DNA of 64,000 bases from Eledone cirrhosa (Eukaryota): the NCBI GenBank assembly GCA_964016885.1, contig OZ024742.1, positions 251,410,001 to 251,474,000 of the forward strand, in the 5' to 3' direction. The notes beneath the pieces were generated by a model. That model had not been told where the DNA came from and ran no database searches. It saw nothing but the letters and a program-made list of their open reading frames with translations. Below, in pieces: positions 54,168 through 64,000 of the stretch. The position numbers and the translations under genes were made by a program. Numbering within the stretch: position 1 is the stretch's first letter; the number at the start of each line of letters is the position of its first letter.

Positions 54168-55100
54168 AGAAGTAGAAAAGTAAGGGTTGATGGCTACAAG
54201 AAGGAAGATAGAAAGGAAGAGGAAGAAAGGTCGATATTAATGTCAGGTCTGACATTAATATCGACCCTTCCTCCTCCTCCCCTCCATCCTCCCTCCTGCA
54301 GCCATCAACCCCTACTTTTCTACAGTCAAGCCAGGAGTGGCGCGAGAAAATTTTCACAGGGACCCGCATCTTAGCGGAGATGAATATATTGGGAGTCAGT
54401 GTTTTACAGTGTTTAGACTTCTAGGATGAAGTTAAAAAAATTTAATAATCAATATTCAGTATTAAAGAGGTTAGAAAATTTAAAGTTCAACAGTTTAACA
54501 ATTAATTATATAATAGTTCCGATTTGTTCTGTAATTTAAAGGTACTATTTGGCGGTTAAAACAACGGCCGCGCCCCGGGCCCCATGGCGAATTAAGCCAC
54601 GCCGAGTATTTTCATTTACTGAAAGAAGGGGAAATTTATTTTTCCAAGCACTCCAGGTGAGCTCGTTCGCCAGGGAGCTGGTCGCGCCGCCATTAAAACC
54701 CACCCAACAGTCCGACAGAAAGTTGGAACTTTAAAATTTAGCTTAGAGAAGTAAAAGAGTAATGGTTGATAGCTACAAGAAGGAAGATAGAAAGAGAGAG
54801 GAAGGAAGGTCGATATTCATGTCACACCACAGTCAGGCCAGGAGTGGCGCGACAAAATTTTCACAGGGACTCGCATCTTAGCAGAGGTGAATATATTGGG
54901 GGTCAGTGTGTTACAATGTTTAGACTTATAGGATGAAGTTAAAAAATTAATTAATAAATTAATAATCAATATTCCATATTAAAGAGGTTAGAAAATTTAA
55001 AGCTCAACAGTTTCAGGTTGATATATATAATAGTTCCGATTTGTTCTGTAATTTAAAGGTACTATTTGGCGGTTAAAACACCGGCCGCGCCCCGGGCCCC
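54168..55100. repeat. Direct duplication (about 54168-54582 and 54748-55100) with an internal foldback
   Basis: Shared blocks gctacaagaaggaagatagaaag, caggagtggcgcga, ggtactatttggcggttaaaaca.cggccgcgccc; hairpin centred near 54248. Confidence 0.85.
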
Positions 55101-55429
55101 TATATATATATATAGTTGAAAAATGAACAAACAAAACACAGGAGGCAAGTTTTTATATTTGGTTCCCGCTTGGAGGAAGTGGAGGAGGTTTCAAACATAA
55201 CACAGGAAAGAGGGGACTTTGGGTTCTGTCAATGATGTGACAACCTTGCTCCCAGGAGACTCTGTAAGGTGGTCGGCATTAGAAAAGCCATTCAGCCTTA
55301 GAACCCATGCTAAAGTATGGAATGTATGAGCAAGATATGATTCCTCTGACTTGTCTGGTATCAGACCATGATAACTCATCCAAACCATGTCAGCATGAAA
55401 GGTGGGCATTAAATGATGCTAATTATATA

Positions 55430-55609
55430 CGAGGGTGAGCTGAAAAGTTCATAGGCTGACTGTGAAGGAGTGATGCTAGAGCTGTGAAATCTTGCATCTT
55501 ATTAATAACTACATTGTTTCTTTCCAAGGACTATGTTGAAAAATAAACTTCATTTGGTCATTCACAGAGGGTATCACAGTCAGCCTATTAACATTTCAGC
55601 CGGCCCTCC
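55430..55609. mobile_element. Mariner-type MITE (180 bp)
   Basis: ta|cgagggtgagctgaaaagttcataggctgactgtga ... tcacagtcagcctattaacatttcagccggccctcc|ta. Confidence 0.78.
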
Positions 55610-55824
55610 TACATGTGTATATAGTAGGAATGAACCATGTACACAGCTATCTTAGTTCCTATATATATAACGTGCAGTTGGTAAATAAATATCTTTTTTA
55701 TATTATCTAGTGATTCTGAAGATTTCTATACAGTTGAATTAAATGCCACCTCCTTTTGTATTTCAATGAAACATTTAAATCAATTAAATAATCTATTAAT
55801 GTATTGAACCTTGGTTTATTTATT

Positions 55825-56752
55825 TCTTCTTCTTCTTCTTCTTCTTCTTCTTCTTCTTTACCCACATATTCCTGAGAGGGTCCTGAAACACTCCTTCCAG
55901 TGGGTCCTGTCAGAAGCAAACAAGACCAACCAGGCTCATGTATGTTATCCAACCATCTTGCTTGGTGTCTATCCCTGAGTCTCCTGCCTGTTGTGTTTGC
56001 CCATAAAATCTCAACAGTGATTCTTTCCTGAGACATTTTAATCAGATTCCCATAGTATCAGAGCTGTGATCTCTCAATTCGGAAAAGTAGTGACTCTACC
56101 TGGAGTGACTTTTGATCTCCAAATTAAGCACTCTATCAAGTAACGTTACTCCAATTACTCTTCAGGGGAAACCCATTTTGGCTGCTTGTATTCAGGATCA
56201 TATTTTTGGGGTCATTACCCAAGATTCATGACCATAGGGTAAGGGTTACACAAATACCAAATTGAAGATAGCGAGTTTGGCTTTTACACCTATCTCCCTT
56301 CTTCTGATTACCGTATGCTGATGCTGACATATTACTGCACCAGCTCCTGCAATTTTGCACTTAATTCAGCCTCCTGCCTTCCATCACTCGTGAACAAAGC
56401 TCTAAGATACTTGAACTCCATTTACATGTAGAGTGCACTGTGCAGGCTTCCTTGAGAGAATAAGTGTCTCATTTTTCACAGCACTGATTTTCATTCCAGC
56501 CGTGCAGCATTTGGCATCAAACCTATCAAGTGCAAGTCAGAAATTACCTTCTGTCAAGTCAACTAACACCATGTCATCTGAAAATTCCAGCCAACTGATT
56601 TTACACCCACCAGTCATGATACCACTTCCAACTCAGCTGCACATGTCAATCCTGTTCATGAAAATAAAGAATGGGAGAGGTGACAGTACACACCCTTGGT
56701 GGAGTCCGACTCCCAAATTGAATGGTTTCCATTTAGTACCGTTCATCTGAAC
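55825..56752 (-). mobile_element. Old RTE-like LINE fragment with (GAA)n tail
   Basis: Minus strand GVGLHQGCVLSPLPFFIFMNRID, DDMV, FKYL, GRRLRDRHQARWLDNI. Confidence 0.8.
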
Positions 56753-56784
56753 ACAAATACTCGGACATTCATATTTCTATGGCC

Positions 56785-57240
56785 TAGTTACATCATCAGA
56801 TCATAATGTAAGACTTTGGTGATGTAAATTGCAAAGATTAGGTAATCAATTACAAAATTACACCAAAATTCACGGAGAATAGATTTGACTCGGAGGCTGC
56901 CCTCCATTTGGTGTTGTTGTGATGAATCTCCTCCAAATGCCACACACTCAGCAATGCTAAGCATAGTGGTCGGTAGGCACAACTAAGGAGGTCGGGGCTG
57001 GTTGGTGGCAACAGAGATTCTGCTGTCCTCAGATAATACTATGCTATTAATCAGAGCCACCCATCTACCATTCAAAGAAGTCAGGGGTGCTAAATATTGT
57101 GTGGTAGCAGACTCTGATAAAAAAAACCAGCATAATGTGGTGAGAAGGTTTTAAAAAATAGTTGTTATAAAAATATAAAAGATTATAAAAATGAGAAATC
57201 AGAGATAAATAAGAGTATAAAGTTACAAAAAGGGGATAAT
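56785..57240. repeat. Unclassified repeat, with a direct diverged copy at about 60752-61230
   Basis: Shared gttacatcatcagatcataatgtaaga, aattgcaaagattaggtaatcaattacaaaattaca and aatgccacacactcagcaat blocks. Confidence 0.8.
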
Positions 57241-57389
57241 TCTAATTCTAATGTAACTGATTAGTTAAGTGTAAATCACTAATCTATTAAAGGGTGAGTA
57301 AACTTGTTCACACACACATGTGCATGTTTGTATTGTGAAAGAAAATCAATGGCATTTCCTTCCCATGAGACTGACGTAACAACTCTCAC

Positions 57390-57441
57390 CATTCCTGCAA
57401 AATCTGAGTGAGGTTTCCAGCAACTGAGTATTTTCAATATA
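57390..57441 (-). other. Candidate 52-bp internal exon of an unidentified minus-strand gene
   Basis: Minus strand tttcccccttatttcag|...gaatg|gtgaga in unique sequence; two open frames (ILKILSCWKPHSDFAGM or YIENTQLLETSLRFCRN). Confidence 0.25.
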
Positions 57442-57589
57442 CTGAAATAAGGGGGAAATTTCTTGAATATTATGTTCATTTAATTCCAAGCACTCAAGGT
57501 AGAGAACCAAATCATTGGCATCCAGCAAGTAACTCAGAAGACAGCTAGGTGATTAGTCGGTGGTGTAATGCATTCCAGATAATGATATG

Positions 57590-57782
57590 ATAATGATTTC
57601 TAGTATAGGCACAAGGCAAGTAATTTGGAGGGAGGGGAAAGTCAATTAAATCGACCCCAGTGCATTACTGGTACTTTATTTTATCAACCCTCTAAGGAAA
57701 AAAGGAAAATTTAACCTCGGTGGGATTTTAACTCAGAACGTAGTTGTCCAATGCTCTCTCAATACTGCCAATCCACCACCCT
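57590..57782 (-). mobile_element. Decayed family A SINE
   Basis: Reverse complement of the family A head, centre and tail. Confidence 0.75.
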
Positions 57783-57983
57783 ATTATCATCCATAACATT
57801 GTAGATTACATGCATTAATAAACAAAAGACATAATGGATAGTATATATACTCCCTAGTGTAGGTATTATAATATAAGTGAACTATAAAGATGAATTATAA
57901 GAGATAAATAAATCCCAAGGAGTGGATAATTATAATAAGTAGTAAAATAATTAATGATTAATAATAAGTAATATATATTAATG

Positions 57984-58100
57984 AAGGCACATAGCTGAGT
58001 GGTAAGAGAATTGGACTCGTAATCGTGAGCGTGTGAGTTTGATTCCCAGAACGGGCGATGCGTTATGTCCTTGAGCAAGACACTTTATTTCACATTACTC
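57984..58100 (+). mobile_element. Family B SINE head
   Basis: ggcacatagctgagtggtaagag...gtttgattcc...gtccttgagcaagacactttatttcac. Confidence 0.75.
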
Positions 58101-58345
58101 CTTCTACCTGGATTTGCAACTGGTAGATACCATTGGAAAGACCAATTGAAATATTGTTTCCTCAGTCCGATTTGACGAGCACCATCTGACTTGAATTAAA
58201 TCTGGGATCTTGTCAATCGACTTTTACATATAGTTGAATAAAGTAAATCATTAGCAATTAGTATGGAGTCCCTATGGAGACAAGTGATATCAGGAAATTT
58301 ACAAATCATATATGCAGTACAATATTAAATATCAAATAAAATATA

Positions 58346-58535
58346 ATTGTTTCTACTTTTGGCACAAGGCCAGCAATTACCCAGTGTATTACTGGTACTT
58401 TATTTTATCGACCCTGTAAGGATGAAAGGCAAAGTTAACCTCCACGGGATTTGAACTCAGACCATAAAGGGCCGTAACTCTTTGCTGCAAAGCATGACAT
58501 CCGACCCTCTACCGATACTGCCAATCCACCGCCCT
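58346..58535 (-). mobile_element. Full-length family A SINE with a TSD of about 21 bp
   Basis: aaatatcaaataaaatataat on both sides. Confidence 0.9.
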
Positions 58536-58724
58536 TATCAAATATCAAATAAAATATAATGTAAGATATAAGATAATATACAGCACCAAATTATAAAACA
58601 ATACCAAGTATAAACCCCAGTATACTATAGGCAATAAAAGGTTATGTAATATAAAGTAGGTGCAACAAGATACATAAAGAGTCCCTATAATTCATAAGTT
58701 ATATATGAAATATAACATTGAATC

Positions 58725-59999
58725 AATCATCATCCTTATCATCATTGTTTAACGTCCATCTTCCACGCTTGCATGGGTTTGGTCGGGAGTTTTCCCACTT
58801 GAGGCAAGATTGGTTGTCCTGCTCGTATAGGACTGTCTGGTGGGTTTTCTACGGCTGGGTGCCCTTCCCAACACCAACCATGTTTACAGTGTGGACTGGG
58901 AGGTTTTTACCGGGTTACCTACACGGCCACATGACAGCGTGGACTGTGTGTTTTTTTGTCGTGACACCTACACGTCTGGTGGGTTTTCTATGGCTGGGTG
59001 CCCATCCCAACACCAACCACATTTACAGTGTGTACTGGGAGGTTTTTACCGTGTTACCTACACGGCCACATTACAGCGTGGACTGTGTGTTTTTTTGTCG
59101 TGACACCTACACGGCCTCATTTGTTTCGGACTGGATGTTGTGGTACCAACATAACTTCACATTTAAGGGGGTGGTGTGGATGGGGTGGGGGTAGTGGGAC
59201 GGGGGTGTATTTTGTTAGAGATGCCTACTGACTGTAGGTTTCGCTTTGTACTTAGGCAAGGCGGGTCTTCTGTATTACTGTGTAGTGCCAAAGATCTCGG
59301 TCCAGTGACATTGTCTTGGAGAGGTTTAAGTTTGTGAGGTCGGAATTTATCAAGTCGTCCCAGGTTTTTCTGGATCTGCCTACTCCGTGGCTACCGTCTA
59401 TTTTTATCGCCCTGCACTCTTTTATACAGCTGTCGTCTTTCATGCGCATCACGTGACCGTACCAACGTAGTCTTCTCTCGAGTAAACAACATCTGATCCC
59501 TCTTATTCCTAATTTCTCCCTTAGTTCGTTTATGCTTTGTTGTTCACGTATATTACTATTACACATCCAGAGGAGCATGCAAGCTTCGTTCCTCTCCAAT
59601 CTGCGTACATCCTCTGCACACAATGCCCAGGTCTCACTGCCATGTAACATAGCTGTTCGTATGCAGGCATCATACAGCCTGCCTTTCATTTTTAGAGAGA
59701 ACCCTTTAGCGGCCAATAGTGGTATAAGCTCTCTGAACTTTTTCCATCCCGTTCTGACTCTAGCTACTGTACTTTCAGAGCACCCTCCACCACTGCTGAT
59801 TTTGTCACCCAGGTAACGGAAGCTGTCCACTATTTCTATAGAACCCTCTGCGCAATTGAAAGAGCTAGTATTTTGTGGGCACTTGCTGCTACTTATTGCA
59901 CCAGAGCACCGGCCACATGTAAAATCTGTGTTCTTAGTTAGCTTACCTGTGATCCCACTATATCTTTTATGCACCCATACTTTGCATTTGGGACATAAA
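58725..59999 (-). mobile_element. 5'-truncated RTE LINE
   Basis: LCPKCKVWVHKR...FRYLG...RLRWYGHV; duplicated 3' UTR. Confidence 0.95.
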
Positions 60000-61331
60000 A
60001 TATCAAACAAAATATAATGTAAAGTATAAAATGTAACACACAATATAAATACCTGATATATAACACAAAACTATAAAGGTAAAAACATAATACAAGATAT
60101 AAAAAGTCATATAGTATCATGCAGATGCATCAAACAACTCCAAGAGTCCGTCTAATATCTTGTTGTTTCATAAGGATATTTGTAGCTGGGTATGATGAGG
60201 TAGATGTTTTGAGGCAGAATCACTTCCAGTAGGTTGCCAATGCCCAGGGTGGTCATTCCTCTAATATTTGTCGGTATCAATACAAAATATATACTATATA
60301 TATAATATCCAAAAGTTGTACAGTGTTAGAAAGTTATACAATCCTTGCAGTCGAGGATATCATATAGTTTGCTTTTTTTCTATAATCTCCATATCATCAA
60401 GTCAAAATTGGGAATGTCCTGGGAGTTAGATTACTACCAGAAAAAGAGTATGTTACTAGAGGGACCCTTGTAAAAAGTGTATTGGGGCAAGGGCCTCAGT
60501 TCCTCATTACATCACAAAATGCTCGACTGTAACAGGAGCTGAATTCCATTTATGTTGAATGACTTAACTGGTAGATCTGGTCATTCTGGTTAGCAGACTG
60601 GGATGTAATAATCTGACATTATGCAAATCATCCATCATAGATGTGGCATCTTGTGGTTGGTGCAGGAACAGAGTTAAATATTTAAAAGACAACAGAAGGC
60701 CAGATTCCAAATATTCTTTTACTGTTGCAAAATCACAATACGTATTTTTATGACCTGGTTACATCATCAGATCATAATGTAAGATTTTGGTGATGTCATC
60801 AGGTGTAATTGCAAAGATTAGGTAATCAATTACAAAATTACATAAAAAATACACAGAGAATAGAATTGACTTGGAGATGGCCCACTATTCGGTGTTATTG
60901 TTGTGATGAACCTCCTCCGAATGCCACACACTCAGCAATTCTAAGCATAGTGGGTCAGTAGGCACAACTAAGGAGGCCGGGGTCCTCAGATAATGTCACG
61001 CTATTAATCAGAACCATTCATCTACCTCTCAAAGAGGTCAGGGTTGCCAAATATTGTGTGGCAGCAGACTTTGACCGAGAATCAGTGTAGTGTGACGGTG
61101 AAAAATTTAGAGACAGATGTTATAAAACTATAAAAGATTATAAAAATGAGACACCAGAGGTAAATATAATGGTAAATAAATTAAGAAAAAAATAAAGATT
61201 ATAAAGAGTTGTGGAAAGGGGATGATTGTAACCACGAAATATCACACCTACAATGGATAATTAGCAAAATGTTGAGTGCTTTAGCTTAAATGATCAGATC
61301 TACCCATTAGTTAAGCCATCCAACATAAAAA

Positions 61332-61366
<35 letters not shown>

Positions 61367-61999
61367 CACATATATATATGGGCATGTTTGTACGTAGGAT
61401 GATGTGTGTTTCTGTGTGCGTGCTCATGTGTTTGTTTAATATTATTATAGAAAGTCTAAGCTTTAAATTTAAATAATTGTTCAGCAGACAAAGTAATGCT
61501 ATTCAGAGAGTAGTTTGTTGAAGCATGTAGTGAAATAAAGGATTAGATTATGTTAAACAACAGTTTTAGTTCATCTATTGTTTGATTTGGGTTAATTTTT
61601 TTCTCTCCTGAATACCAGCTTTGCTCTACACTGCTCTCACATGATGGCAAGTTTCATTACAAATGTGTGATCCTTTTATGGGAAATGAAATTTTTTCTTT
61701 CTACTTTTTCTCAACCCTGATTTTGCTAGTTTGAGAGACCACCACACTTTTTAAAATATACTATTCATTTGAATTGATTTCATTCCGTTGTAGAAAAATG
61801 TGTTTTGAGAGAGAGAGACCAAGTACTTAGTGAATTGTTCACATACCTTATATTAAAAAGATATTTTTGATTTTAAATCATCTGATTATGTAGTGATTTA
61901 CTTACTTAGTTATCTAATATTTAACAACAAAGTATTTCGGGTTAAATCTGATACTTATAACATGCAATGTTTCTCATTTACCCTCAGGGCACCAGTGAA

Positions 62000-62200
62000 G
62001 GTGTGTGGGTTAGTTGTTAAGATATTAGGCTTACAATAATAAAGTCCTGAGTTTGATTCCCTAACAAGGCAGTACGTTGTATCCTTGAGCAAAACACTTT
62101 ATTTCACATTACTCCAATTTACTCAGCTGGAAAAAATGAGTTGTGACAGCACTGCTACCAAGCTACATCAGGCTTTGCCTTTTTCCCTTGGATAACATCT
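62000..62200 (+). mobile_element. Decayed family B SINE
   Basis: gtttgattcc; tccttgagcaaaacactttatttcac; tactcagctgg. Confidence 0.65.
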
Positions 62201-62235
62201 TATGTATAATATACATATTGTATATTAGAATGTTT

Positions 62236-62660
62236 ATATTGTTTATATGCTTCAGCATGTACCCATGGGAGGTCGGGTACCCTGTATTACTGCGTGACGC
62301 CGTGACTTCTGGCGTCACGCAGTAATACAGGGTACCCAACCTCCCATGGGTACATGCTGAAGCATATAAACAATATGCCCCCCCCCCCCACCGCAAGGTG
62401 GTCGTGGAGGTGCCACGGCAAAAAAGCACCCAGCCCACACTGTAAAGTGGACGTGTAGGCGCCACGAAAAAGCACCCAGCACTCACTGTAAATGAGGTTG
62501 GTGTTAGGAAGGGCATCCAGCTGTAGAAATCAAGCCAGATCAGTTCCTGTATGAGCAAGGCATGGTCAGCCGACCAGACACTGCCCACAACAGGACAACC
62601 CGTCTAACCCATGCTAGCGTGGAAGAACGGACGTAAAACGGTGATGATGATGATGATGAT
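62236..62660 (+). mobile_element. RTE 3' end (46137 subfamily) with a 5' foldback inversion
   Basis: 62300-62660 matches 47382-47745; 62236-62301 is its inverted copy. Confidence 0.9.
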
Positions 62661-62761
62661 GAATATATAATGTATATATAAGTTACAACGTCTAAGGAAT
62701 AAATCCGCGCCCTTATTATAAAATTAAAAAATGATTGATATTTCTTACTTTATATATATAT

Positions 62762-63457
62762 ATCATAATCATCATCATCATCATCAGGTTTAGCGTCCGT
62801 GTTCCACGCTTGCATGGGTTTGGACGGGGGTTTTCCTACTTGAGGCAAGAGTGGTTGTCTTGCTCGCATAGGACTGTCTGGCGGGTTTTCTACAGTTGGA
62901 TGCCCTTCCTAACACCAACCACATTTACAGTGTGGGGCTGGGAGGTTTTTACCGTGTTGCCTACACGGACACATTACAGCGTGGACTGTCTGGCGGGTTT
63001 TCTACAGCTGGATGCCCTTCCTAACACCAACCACATTTACAGTGTGGGGCTGGGAGGTTTTTACCGTGTTGCCTACACGGCCACATTTACAGCGTGGACT
63101 GTGTGTTTTTTTATCATGACACCTACACGATCTCATTTGTTTCGGCCTGGATGTTGTGGGACCAACATAACTGTACATTGAAAGGGGCGGTGTGGATGGG
63201 GTGGAGGTGGTGGGACGGGGGGGGGGGGGTTGATAGAGATGCCTACTGACTGTAGTAGGTTTTTACTTTGTATTTAGGTAAGGCGGGTCTTCTCTATTAC
63301 TGAGTACCGCCAAAGGTCTCGGTCCAGTGACATTGTCTTGGAGAGGTGTAAGCGTGTGAGGTCGGAATTTATCAGCTCGTCCCATGTTTTTCTGGGTCTG
63401 CCTACTCCGTGGCTACCGTCTATCTTTATTGCCCTGCACTTTGTTATACAGCTGTCG
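62762..63457 (-). mobile_element. Young 5'-truncated RTE LINE 3' end, near-identical to 11778-12467
   Basis: Reverse-complement match including the same UTR duplication. Confidence 0.95.
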
Positions 63458-63507
<50 letters not shown>

Positions 63508-64000
63508 TATATGAGGGTGTTAAAGTTTGCTTGAAGCATTGTGAAATGTGTAAAATATGTAGTTTAGAATGCATTGTTGTGGCTTTCTAAACTACATATA
63601 TATATATATATATAGGAACCAGTAAGACCCCGACGGCTGAGCTCAAGCCGTTTCGACGGCTAATTCTGGACCAAGTATTGAGTACTTTGGTGCGTTATGG
63701 TCCACCTGGTTCCTTACCACATTTCCTTAGTTTTATATATATATATATATATATATGTATGAATCACTACCACCCTACGGGCAACTAATGTTTCAAATCA
63801 GGTCTGAACATGGAAGAGCTGAATTCCCACTGTCATCACCTCTATCTCTCTCACCCTCCCCATCTCTCTGTATTATGAGCAAATGGGGGTCCCACGTGCT
63901 GGCTGCCCCACAGCCCCAGCAGACAGAATGGAGAAGACGTTTCACCGGAGGATGGTGAGGAGGATGCGCTGGAAGAGTCAGTCCATCTCGCAAGGCTCAC

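Noticed and set aside
60735-60775. CTGATGA on the minus strand here and at about 56795 as hammerheads
   Set aside because: No convincing stem I or stem II pairing, and GAAA is intact in only one copy
63790-64000. GC-richer open stretch at the window end as an exon
   Set aside because: No recognisable motif and truncated by the edge; could equally be a TE end

Overview
AT-rich, repeat-saturated eukaryotic genomic DNA. The tRNA-head SINE families, RTE LINEs with (GAT)n tails and abundant (TA)n runs resemble an octopod (Octopus-like) genome; this is inference. The only recognisable host coding sequence is the last coding exon of a NEK8-like kinase (final RCC1 repeat, 1204-1364, +). The rest is a nested mosaic: about 12 copies of an RTE LINE family with a PHD-type finger inside the RT region, one GC-rich RTE of a different family, L1/Tx1 and CR1 fragments, three SINE types, non-autonomous Helitrons, hAT/pogo/mariner MITEs, a DD37D (maT) transposon, a 24 x 27-bp minisatellite and about 3 kb of (ACC)-based repeat. 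The main hidden signal is at least 8 sequence-distinct type I hammerhead ribozyme motifs (CUGANGA...GAAA...UH), most with a minimal palindromic stem III. They sit in Penelope-like pseudo-LTRs or short non-coding units arranged as partial tandems and inversions among (TA)n runs, including a 338-bp retrozyme-like unit at 43003-43387. All calls were made by eye, and the boundaries of decayed repeats are approximate.
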